Source: Haliotis cracherodii
Lineage: Eukaryota
Length of the DNA: 64,000 nucleotides
Reading direction: 5' to 3'
Assembly: GCF_022045235.1 (NCBI RefSeq)
Contig: NW_027266268.1
Location: 17,794,001-17,858,000 of the forward strand
Shown here one piece after another: positions 37,666 through 50,500 of the stretch. Position 1 is the first letter of the stretch. Every line of letters starts with the position of its first letter. The position numbers and the translations under genes are program-made. Below the pieces are notes generated by a model. The model did not search any database. It had not been told where the DNA came from and saw only the letters and a program-made list of their open reading frames with translations.

Positions 37666-40600
37666 GGTGGCTGCTTGTACTAGTCCGGACTGGGGCGTTT
37701 GAGCGTTCGCTCGTCACGCCGAAGACCCGGGTTCAATTCCCGACATGAGTACAATGTGTGAAGCCCATGTGTGGTGTCCCCCGCCGTGATATTGCTGGAA
37801 TATTGTTAAAAGCGGCGTCAAACCTCACTCACTCACTTGTTCGGACTGATGCCGATTTATAGTGCTAGCTCACTGAGATACCATGCCGCAGTTTAACATG
37901 AATACCCCACTCAGACACAGTATACTCCGAGCAGACCAGTCTTTGTTTTAGCCCCTTAATGCCGAGCGCCAGGCAGGGTTACAACAAGTACAATCTTTTA
38001 ACGTCTTTTGGTATTACGCGGCAGGGGATCGAACCCCGGACCTTCCGCTCTCCGGGCGGACGCTCTACCATTAGACCACTGGTCCCGGGAGCACAGTGAG
38101 AGGCTTGAAACAATATACAGGAATCAACATACGCACTTCCTGCTTGCCTGACATACTTGCAATAGCTGCTTTTCAGCAAATTGATAGTTGATTGAATGTT
38201 GTCAGACGCTGCATTCATCAATATTTCAGTCATATGCCGGCGGTGTGTATATAATCGAGCCTGGACCAGACAATTCAGTGATAGACATTATGAGTCTCGA
38301 TCCATGAAATAGGAGTACAATGACATACAGTTAGTCAGCGAGGCTGATCACCAAATCTCTCACGACCAGCATCGGCTGCTGGGGACCTATAATTCATATC
38401 CCGGGCTTATCACCATATTATTGCAACGATTGATTGGTATAGCGTTCTGATAATGAATTCTTCACATCGCATATTGCGATAACACAGAGATATGGAGATA
38501 AAGTTGTGAGCTTACCTCCCGCCTCAGTAAACTGGACAGACCGGAAGTGATGAGACTGGTTGGAGCATCGCCCTTCTCGATTGTCTTCACTTTCAGACCC
38601 TGAGGTAAAAACATCACATGAGAGACACAATACTACCCGAAATTAACAACTCCTGGTTCTAAATTATATATTTCACTATGATGTGTTGGTGTCAATTAGT
38701 TTGTTGGTTAACGACGCACTGTGAAAGAGGTATTCAAGATGTATGGTTTTGGTTGGTTGGTTTGTTGTTTAACGCCGCACTCAGCAATATTCCAGCTATA
38801 TGACGGCGGTCTAAATAATCGAGTCTGGACCAGACAATCCAGAGATGAATGTCATGAGCATCGATCCACGCAATTGGGATCGATGACATGCATCAACCAA
38901 GTCAGCGAGCCTGACCACCCGAAGCATAGTCGCCTTTTACGACAAGCATGGGTTGCTGAAGACCTATTCTAACCCGGATCTTCACGGGTATCAAGCCGTA
39001 TTAATACGGTGGCCTGTCAATAACTATGACCGTATAGTCATTGATACAGCAGCAACGATGTTGAGCCTGATCACCTAGACACAATATGTAGTGTTGGTTC
39101 ACTTCGATATGGGTAAAAATACACATCGATACATCAAATCCTAGAGATGACATCATCTATATGATGTGAGGTGAATGAAATGGTGTTCATTCGTGATCAA
39201 GATTATTACACTTATATAGCGACGTGCATGTATATTCGGACTAATGCCAGTTTTACAGTGCAAGCCCACTCAGATACCCTGCCGCTGTTTAACATGAATA
39301 CTCCAGTCCAAGCCGACCAGTCCTTGGTTTTACCCCCTCAAGGCCGATTGCCAGGCAGGGTAACAACAAGTACCATATCTCTAGGTCATGTGGTATGACG
39401 TGGCCCGGTATGGAACGCTCTATTCACTACACCACGGAGGCGATCTATAGACGTAATATACATAGCAATTTCCCAAGGGCCAAGGGAGTTAACTCCAGTT
39501 TCAACCCTTGCCGCTCAAGCCCGGAATTCCTGGGCTCGATCGTAGCGCCACCAGTGGCTATTACGAGTTATGACCCTTATATGTCCCTCCTGTTAACCAA
39601 TCAGATTCCACCTCTCATATTACTTGCATTTGCTTCAAACAAAATGACCACGCCCGGTCAATACGACCTGATCGATAATCAAATCCTATGTTGTCATGAA
39701 ACGGGTCTTTCTTTGACGAAGTGCATCAAATCACGTGAGCAGCTTGATTAAAAACATGCAAACATTTTGGAAAAATCTTTTGACGCCGAGTTGTCGATTT
39801 CGTAACGTAAATTATGATTGGACTATGCATAGACTCGTTAGTCCAGCCAAAATATAACTCCATATTTCAAGCCTACTTCGGCAAGGGTGGAAACGGGACT
39901 TTTATAATCAGTTAACTCGGGAAGATGCAAGTACTCCGAACATCAGTTTGTGTTCTCAAATTTGATTTTGTATCTCAGTCTAACAGTAAAGGTTTATCCT
40001 AACTACCGAGATACAATGTCTCAATTTTTACATATGGCGTCACGAACATCTCTCTAGACCTTTTACAAAACGGACACCGGCCCCAAGAACACATTCCCCC
40101 TTGAAGCTACAAGGTTTCGCAATAGTTTACTCGGGTGCTAAACATGCTCACATCACAGATGCAGCTCACATCACAGATGTAGCTCACATCAAAGAAGTAG
40201 CTCACATCACAGATGTAGCTTACATCACAGATGTAGCTCACATCACAGATGCAGCTCACATCACAGATGTAGCTCACATCACAGGTGCAGCTCACATCAC
40301 AGATGCAGCTCACATTACAGATGCAGCTCACATCACATATGTACCTCACATCATAGATGCAGCTCACATCACAGAAGCAGACCACATCACAGATGCAGCT
40401 CACATCACAGAAGCAGCTCACATCACAGATGTACCTCACATCACAGATGCAGCTCGCATCACAGATGTAGCTCACATCACAGATGTACCTTACATCACAG
40501 AAGCAGCTCACATCACAGATGCAGCTCACATCACAGATGTAGATCACATCACAGATGCAGCACACATCACAGATGTAGATCACATCACAGAAGAAGACCA

Positions 40601-41505
40601 CATCACAGATGCAGCTCACATCACAGATACAGCTCACATCACAGATGCAGCTCACATCACAGATGCAGCTCACATCACAGATGTACCTTACATCACAGAA
40701 GCAGCTCACATCACAGATGCAGCTCACATCACAGATGTAGATCACATCACAGATGCAGCTCACATCACAGAAGAAGACCACATCACAGATGCAGCTCACA
40801 TCACAGATGTAGCTCACATCACAGATGCAGCTCACATCACAGATGCAGCTCACATCACAGATGTAGCTCACATCACAGATGCAGCTCACATCACAGATGC
40901 AGACCACATCACAGATGCAGCTCACATCACAGATGCAGCTCACATTATAGATGCACCTCACATCACATATGTAGCTCATATTACAGATGAAGCTCCCATC
41001 ACAGATGAAGGTCACGCCACAGATGTAGCTCACATCGCAGACGAACAATTCATCACAGACATCCCTGACGTAAGACAGCCTGAATCACACAACATCACCT
41101 TGTAATTCTAGACGAGATTTGTATGATGATAGTACAGCCAGAAGTTAGAACGGAAGTACCTACTTGACCAACAAGCACAAATTCAGCTCTGCGTGCGTCC
41201 TCCTTCCGGCGCGAGCCATGGACGTCTTGTATGACGTCACTGAACGCCCGTCGATACAGCATATTGTTCTGTTGATACGAAATGATAATTCTTAGAAATC
41301 GGAGAATGGTGTGACAACAACAATAGACATGACAATCCTATTAAGGAAATCCTCCTGGGGGCGCGCTGGATACTTGAGAATGCACGGTTGTCGAGTGTAA
41401 AATGTGCCACAAGTTTTCGTTGTTTATTGGACATGTAGCTGTTATTTGGTAATTAGCATATTGCATTTATGTGCATACATCTTTTTAAATAATTGTCGGA
41501 AGTTG

Positions 41506-41543
<38 letters not shown>

Positions 41544-44500
41544 GAGAAAGAAAGTGGATTTAAAGGATTTCTTCCTTTCCACGGCTACTTTGAAGTTGGT
41601 TCATTAAAAAATAATTTGATTCGACAAAAAGTCGTGTGTGTGATTTCACATTATTGACACCAAGTAATTAAAAACACTTCACGGGATTTAATCTCCATGT
41701 GATCATGATCAGTTAGAACATCCACAGTTAATGTTAACATTTCTGCTCACTGACAATATTTAAACTTCAAAGAAGAACATATTAAAAACCTCATATACTC
41801 AACAAAACAAGATAGGGAACGTGAATGTTTTTTGTGCGTTATCTAGTGAAGACAGAGCACACAATTTCATAAAAAATTATCCCCAAAATATTCATGATCC
41901 CTAACCTTTTTGTTTCATTTTAAAACTGATATACGGACATGCAATTGTCATTTCTCAGATTATTTATAATGAAACGTCATTTGATTTTATTACATTCTTT
42001 TCAGTCACACTTACTAAAAACATAACAAAGAAAATATGATACTGTCAAGAAAGTATTGGCTAGGTTCACTCTTCCTATTATATTTAAGAATTAAATATCA
42101 GATATAATATCAGAATAATAGCAATAATTATCACCGCAGAGAAATGTGAAGTCGTGGAAATTAGCGGTCAATGTATTGACATTAAAACTCTCAATAAACG
42201 TGGAGAAATATGACCATAAGTTTTTATTGGATAAATTTATAAGACGTGTGATTAAAATTGACAATTCCCAGGAGAATTTAATTAATGATTAATGTTGTTC
42301 TTTTTGCATATTCACTATGTCCAGTATCTATACGGAATGTAAACCCCTGGGTAAAAGAAAATATACACTAGACAATTGGTTTTGACCAAGAATTACAAAC
42401 GTTATCAAAACGTTACAAGGTTGAAAACGGTCGCCGAAACACTGGAAATCTAAATACAACAATATTTCCGAATAAACAACATCACCATCGAAGCACCATT
42501 TCTTGTTTGTTTCATTCTTAGTCCCCATCAAACATGTGTGTATAGATTCTTTCGCTCGGCTGTTTATTATTAACCCACTAGTTGAAAATGTGCGTATACC
42601 TAAACGTGGGGAATGCACCCATTCATTTAATCGTCGAATGTATCAAATTTAGAATAAAAACACTTTTGTTTCTTTCGACAGATTATTAAATTTGCTACAA
42701 GAATTACAATGTACAGTGGACACGCCAGAAACCTATGATTCTGGGTTCGAATCCCGGTTCGCACCGATTATGTTTCTAGGTTTGTCAGCACCATACCTGT
42801 GCTCGTGGGTTTCACCGAAGTGGTAAACGTCTGAGACCTGCATCACTTCGGGCTTTCCTCCCACATTAAGCTGACACGCCGCGATATAACTGGAATACTG
42901 TTAAAAGCGGCGTTAGACCCAACTCACTCACTCACTCACTACAATGTACAGCTGTGCTGGTGTTTTTACCTTGAATTGGCGGCTGGTGTTTTTTCGGACG
43001 CCCAGTGTATCACGGTATTTTAATAATTTATTATACGTCAATTACTCTTTGTTATAAAATGTGTAAGAGGACGCATTTGCTGAGATATTGAACTTCAGCC
43101 AAAATGTCTTTTTATATCCAATATATCTCTTATACACAAACACCGGAATGTACCTTTGTCGTGCAAGGGTGAGTGAGTGAGTGAGTGAGTTGGGTTTAAC
43201 AGTATTCAAGTTATCACGGCGTGTTAGCTTAATGTTGGAGGAAAGCCCGAAGTGATGCAGGTCCCAGACGTTTAACACTTCGTTCACTCATGATACTTGT
43301 TTGACAAAACGATGGGTAGAGAGCTTGTTAAAGTATGAACATTTTTCATAATAATTCTTCTAAAATACTGTTCAACATGGTGCTAAACCAAACAGACTCA
43401 CTCGCCTTATTTGTATTTATACGCTGGAATGAGGTTTGTTATGTTGTTTGACCTTTCTTGTGGCTATGGAAATGGTTTTGTTGCTTTTAATAAAGTTTTT
43501 AAAGTAAAACCCAATTTATACACACAATTCACGCTGAGTGAGTGAGTATAGTTTTACGTCGCTTAGCAATATTCCAGTAAAATCTCTGCGGGAGAAACCA
43601 GAAATGCGCTTCATATATTGTACCCATGTCGGAATAAAACCCAGGCTTTCGGCGTGAGAACCACTAGGCTAACCCACCTTGTGTTCTTTAAACATATGCA
43701 GTAGATGAGTGAGTGAGTGAGTGGCCTTAAACAACAAACAAACATTGGCTGACGTGACGAAGGTAGCTGGCACAGTATGGTACGGGTATGTGCCGATAAA
43801 CCTGGAAACGAAATCGGGGCGAATCTCAAACCTACGATCATAGGTTTTGACCCAACAAACGATTGAATTACACGTCGGGGTCACCCGTGTCCGTCAAAAA
43901 ATAGGGACACATTACTTGTCCAGAAAGCTTACTGGGTTCGGATTAACGAGGTCCTACTATTTCAAACCTAGCGGTATACTGAACATTCAAACCTCAACAC
44001 TTAAGAACAAGTATCGGGCATGTCTGACAGACAACCGTAATTGGTGATGATGTATCCCATTTACTTCACTAGGTCCCGCAACAGAAAGGTCAGAACAGAC
44101 CTATCATAACTAATGATAACAGACAGTCATATCAGGCCTCAGACTGTCTGCCGAGAGACTTATCTACCAGCCACCTCATATAAACATCTGTTTGGTTTGA
44201 GAACCGTCAGCTAAGTAGCTGGGAAGATGGCGATTTCAAAACTATTAGTTTCCATGACAATCGGGAAAGACAAGAGGAGCAGATTTGACTCCGGCGCACT
44301 GTGCAGATGATGAGGGCGTTGACAAGTGTGTGGAGTATGTGTTGCCATGGGTCCCTGATGCAGTGTAATGCTACTTAATCCGTCCCTTATGTTTCCATTC
44401 CTCTTCTTTATGTTTATGAAGGGTACTGATACACAACAGCTCTAAGTGGTATCAATTTTTATGTCACAAGAATTATGCTTCGTGTTCTTAAGACTTTGTA

Positions 44501-47500
44501 AATATTCTTATCAAGCTTCCTAATGTTGAAAACAATATGTTGGTACTGATTCAGGCTTCGTCGATGCCATTTCGCTAACACTGGCCTACTCAAGGGGTAA
44601 CCTTGTATGACGACCATCTCACGTTAACGTCAACCTATGTTAATTATTCGTAACTATTCATTAGTACATGCTAACAGGAGCTTACATTGGTAGCGGAAGA
44701 AGATAGCAACTATCTGACACAGAGTTGTATTTGGCGTGATGGTACATAAGTACAAGCCTCAATCACAGAGTTACATAAGTCGTATTTATACAATTTATTA
44801 AATACTTCAGTCTGAAAGACGGAGTTTTCTGAAGTTGAGAACAGTGATATTTTCATTGCAGTGGAAAATAACACATCATATTTCACTGCAGTTTACATTA
44901 GTTCCAAATTGACAAGGTAACACAATGACAGATGGTCAAACGTTACAATGACAAACGTTCATGATCAAAGCAATATCAGCATTTGTTGAGGACAACACCT
45001 TTGACTAAAGATGACTACCTTCGTCCTCATCAAATATTGAGTAGTATACATATACATTTTATTTGATACCTTGTTCGACTCGGACATGTAATCCTGGTAC
45101 AGGTTCCGTATCAACATCTCCAGCGTCCTCTCTCTCTTTTGAGCAAACAACGGGTTATTCACTGCAGCCTTCTCACCGTTTATCACTGTAAAATAACGCA
45201 GCTCAATCTGTATATTTATGACAGTGAAACATCAGTCAAATAAATCCCCTATCTCTTATTTGATCATAAACATGTCGTCAAACAATGCGAAGACACCATG
45301 AAGTTGGATATTTCCGTTTTCCGTCAAATATTACTGACATGAAGTTGATGGAAATTATTTGTTTGTCGAAATTATGTTGTTTTTCTCTCTCGTCAATGAG
45401 TGAGCCTGAGTGACTATGGTTTTTTCAAGTCAATATTTCTTATTTTCATACCTGCTTTTAATGTCTAAATTTCAATCCGTTTTAAGTACAATCGAGCACG
45501 CTGTTTCTACCAAGACCTTGCAGAGCGTCATACTACTCTTGTTCAAAAGGTGTTTAATCAGGCTCACAACATTCGTTTGTTTGTTTGTTGTTTATCGCCG
45601 CACTCAGCAATATTCCAGCTATATAACGGCGGTCTGTAAATACTCGAGTCTGGACCAGAAAATCCAAGAATTAACATCATAACATCAATCCACAATGAGA
45701 TACAATGACATGCACCAATCCAAGTCAGCGAGCCTGACCAAGCATAGTCGCCCTTTACGGCAAACATTGGTTGGTGAAGATCTAATCTACCCCGGATCTT
45801 CACGGCTACGTTACAACATTCAAGCCTCAGTAAAGCTTTCAAACTGCTTTTGGTAAGGATCTTGTGTTAACAACACAAAGATATACAGTAAACTACGGTT
45901 ATAACGAACTCGAAGGGACCCCTAATGTTAGTTCGATATAACCGTAGTTCGTTATAAGCATATATACAGCATAACAAAAGCAAATAGTGGACAAAAAGTA
46001 AGTTCGTTATATCCGTCAGTTCGTTATAAGCGTGTTCGTTATAAACGTAGTCTACTGTACTCAGATATCTTCAATTGTCTAATTAATGGAAGGTTATCGA
46101 AATACTTACATTTCACAAGGAGGAAATCTCTGAACTCCTGGTGGTTGTAGAAGACAGGAGGAGAAGGAAGAGGAGGACCAAAGAGGGGGACTGATTCCTC
46201 CGAAAATACAGTGAGCCTGCCAACAGAAGCAACAGTTGGTTGGTTGGTTTGTTGTTTAACGCCGCACTCAGCAATATTCCAGCTATATGACGGCGGTCTG
46301 TAAATAATCGAGTCTGGACCAGACAATCCAGTGAGCATCATGAGCAGCTGGGATCGATGACATGCATCAACTAAGTCAGCGAGCCTGACCACCCGATCCC
46401 GTTAGTCACCTTTTACGACAAGCATAGTCGCCTTTTACGGCAAGCATGGGTTGCTGAAGATCTATTCTACCCCGGATCTTCACGGGTCCGTTTGTCTCAT
46501 TCTGTATATCCATGTTTCTGGCCTGCTGAGGTTTCTGTTTCAACTTTACTGTTCACATTATATAAATGTAAGTATTCAACGCTGTTTTGTCCCTGGTACT
46601 TACCTGTAACTATCGTTGTCTTTATTGTATATCACAACAGCAAAGATATCTGCTAAGTTAAGGTCCACTGGCTTCAACCATAAACATAATCATCAAGCCA
46701 TATGAAGACATTGTCTGATAGACAGAGGAGATGTTTACCATATTCAATATTCCAGCTATATGATGGCGGTCTGTAGAGAATCGAGTCTGGACCAGACAAT
46801 CCAGTGATTGACATCATGAGCATCGATTTCGCAATTGGGATACGATGACATGCTTCAACCAAGTCAGCGAGTCTGACCACCCGATCCCGCGAGTCGCCTC
46901 TAACGACAAGCATGGTTGCTGGAGACCAATTCTAACCCGGATCTTCCGAATTTTCTTTTTACGATATTGAAAAGTATGTATATGTGAAAGGTTTATTGGG
47001 GTTACTCAGAGGCAAAAGTGTAAAAAAACATTTTAAAAAATATACCTGCAGCGGGTTCACAGTTTTGAAGGATGTAAAATCAATACCCACGCAACGTAAC
47101 TGAATATTTTCAATTGATTTTCCTATTTCGGGGCACAAACTAGTAATACATCTAGCAACAGCGGCTTAGTACTACTGCTGAAATTCAGTTACGGAAGTTC
47201 AGTTCGTGTAACTCTGAGATTCCTTGTTGGCTGCCCGCGATTATTTGCAAAAAGTCGTGACACGTTCGCTGTAATTGTATTATCAAATCGGAAATGCTTC
47301 GCCGCTGTTGTCGGATGTGAAGTGCCTTGTTTTCCCCGCGGGTTTTAGGAACAACAAGCGTCATAGTCAGCTTAGACACTGATGGATACGCCGGAGGGCC
47401 AGTGGATGTCATGAATTTCGATTGGGAATAAAACTTCCAACATCGTACGAAAATACAGAATCAGAAAATCCGGCGTCTGATGTTGTAGGTATTTTAACAT

Positions 47501-50500
47501 ACAATATTCATGAAAACAACCTATCTTCAAAAGGACACCAAGATTTGATTGTCAGTAAGGTAAAGGTAATAGTTTCAGATTTGCTCGGAAATTGAAAGAT
47601 GTCGGTTCCAGGCGCAAATACTAAAAGAACCTGCAAATCTTACAATGAAAAATGTTTTTTCGACGTCATCAGTCGCTGCGCACTTTATTTACCGTCTACG
47701 AGTACAGTTGTGAGTCATGACGTCACTCTGGAGTGCCATGACGTATTCTTGTATGAATGTCGTCATATACTTCCATGACAACCGGAAATGGTATAATAAA
47801 CAACCCAGGAACAGTTACAGGGAAACAGTTTCATTTAAAGTTAAAGACATTTTTTTATATCGGGAATACATTATGTCACCTTGCCGAAAGTCACGTTTTG
47901 TAAATGTATGACTGTCCTCTCGCTCATTGGGGCTACAATGTCTGTAAACATGATTGGTTGGTTGTTTAACGCCGCACTCAGCAATATTCCAGCTATATGA
48001 CGGCGGTCTGTAAATAATCGAGTCTGGACCAGACAATCCAGTGATTAATATCATGAGCATCGATCCACGCAATTGGGATACGGTGATGCCTACATATATG
48101 TTTGTGTAACTCATAACATAGGCAGTCTGGGAAGTTATCGCTGGCGAATTTACTTAGAAGAATTGACAACAATCTGTTTTTGCTTTTATGTAACTATAAA
48201 TGTAAAAAATGGTGTTCTCACTTTACATAAAACTGTACCGCTTTACTCAGCGTGCAAACGGTATTTACGTTTATCACTCCAGGAACACATAACAATATTG
48301 AAGCCAATTCTTAACTTTTCGAGGGGGCACGGGTGGCCCAGTCGTCTAAGACGACGCGATTCGCTGTGCAGAGTTGCGTCCCTTGGGCACGTCCGAAGCC
48401 TATGGTTGTGGGTTCGAACCCCGGTTCGTCCCGATTATGTTACTAGGTTTGTCATCACCATACCCGTGCTCGTGGGTTTCACCGAAGTGGTAAACGTCTG
48501 AGACCTGCATCACTTCGGGCTTTCCTCCCACATTAAGCTGACACGCCGTGATATTACTGGAATACTGTTAAAAGCGGCGTTAAACCAAACTCAGTCATTG
48601 AACATTTCGAACATGTTCTCTGGACAACTGTAGAACCCTCTTCGTTGTTGTAAAAGGGTCAAGCGTACAAACGAACAGCGCTTGGCTGCAACCATTTTTC
48701 TCAGAATCCCAACATGTTCTATTACCGTGTGTATTATAGGTGCATGTACATGCTTAACGTCGGTGTCTATGTCAAAGTCAGACGAATGCAGCAAAGGATA
48801 CGTGTGAATCTTGTTTTCATCATGGAAGGCTTAAAACTTGGAACTTTCTCCACATCACCATCTATAAACACGATATTTACAATATCATTTCCTACGTGAC
48901 GTTTCCGTTCCACCTGAAATGGAAAATTTGTATGATATATAAATAGTCCCACATACAAACGCGCGAACGTGGCTGAGAAATAGAAGGACATCTGTATGTT
49001 TGTCAAGGATCAGAAATACGATCGCCATTCCTAATTTTAGAATTGTGGTTTGTTTGTTTGTTTGTTTACGCCACAAGCGCCTATATTTCATATCACGACC
49101 CCTTGTAAATTATGGAAACTTGGTCAGACAAACCAGTGATAAATATCATGAGCAACACTGCGAGATACAGCGATATGAACTAAATAACCTAATCACTTGT
49201 CGTTTACAAACAGTTCTGTGGTTCCATTGTAAATTTGCTCCAAACAAGGGGACCACTGTATAAATGTTGTTATGGTTATGGTTATTTGTTGTTTACGCCG
49301 CACTCAGCAATATTCCAGCTATATGACGGCGATCTGTAAATACTCGAGTATGGACCAGACAATCCAGTGATTGACATCATGAGCATCTATTCACGCAATT
49401 GAGATACGATGACATGCATCAACCAAGTCAGCGAGCCTGACCACCCGATCCCATTAGTCGCCTCTTACGACAAGCATAGACGCCATTTACGTCAAGCATA
49501 GTTGCTGTATAAATGTAACGTAATGATGACCAATGTTTGTAAACAAAAGTCATCTTAACGCATACTTTTACACAAACGTACGCTCTATCTCACACAAAGC
49601 AGAAATATAGCAAATACTGTACATCACACTCACTCACTCACTCAGTTAACATACCTGTTGTTTGTTGTCTTTGGAATAAGGCAGCATTGTAGATATATGA
49701 AACATGATTTCATGTCCTTCATATATTGTATAAACACTTTCTTCACCGGTTGTATCGGCTGAAAACAAGTGATCATCTTCAGTAGTTAGCTTATGATGCA
49801 TACTAAGATGTACATATTCTTCGTATACATCGTGTGGAACTCTTAGCAGTAACATATTGTTATAATTAGTATGATGCATACTAAGATTTACATATTCTCC
49901 ATAACGTTCACATCGTGTGGAACTCTTAGCATAACCATATTGTAATAATTAGTATGATGCATACTAAGACGTACATATTCTCCATAACGTTTACATCGTG
50001 TGGAACTCTTAGCTTTAACATATTGTTATAATTAGTGTGATGCATACTAAAATGTACATATTCTCCATAACGTTCACATCGTGTGGAACTCTTAGCATTA
50101 ACATATTGTTATAATTAGTGTGATGCATACTAGAATGTACATATTCTCCATAACGTTCACATCGTGTGGAACTCTTAGCATTAACATATTGTTATAATTA
50201 GTATGATGCATACTAAGACGTACATATTCTCCATAACTTTCACATCGTGTGGAACTCTTAGCATTAACATATTGTTATAATTAGTATGATGCATACTAAG
50301 ATTTACATATTCTCCATAACGTTCACATCGTGTGGAACTCTTAGCATTAACATATTGTTATAATTAGTATGATGCATACTAAGATTTACATATTCTCCAT
50401 AACGTTCACATCGTGTGGAACTCTTAGCATTAACATATTGTTATAATTAGTATGATGCATACTAAGATGTACATATTCTCCATAACGTTCACATCGTGTG

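Larger units (their letters stand above)
46650..48801 (-). other. U12-type (minor spliceosome) GT-AG intron
   Basis: Donor GTATCCTTT; branch-site motif CCTTAAC at 46657-46663, followed by ttagcag with no pyrimidine tract. Confidence 0.9.

Noticed and set aside
39480-39560. Twister-like TAACTCC...CAAGCCCGG and CTCF-like agcgccaccagtggc
   Set aside because: The twister 3' P2/T1 strands are absent, and the CTCF core lacks one base
40101-41105. 334 aa (AAHITD)n and 313 aa (CICDVS)n ORFs on opposite strands
   Set aside because: Stop-free frames of an intronic 18-bp minisatellite. There is no convincing start or splice context, and the flanking GARNL3 exons join in phase without it.
44300-44366. 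C/D-box snoRNA candidate (ATGATGA...CTGA with short terminal stem)
   Set aside because: Antisense to the host gene, short, and no identifiable rRNA guide
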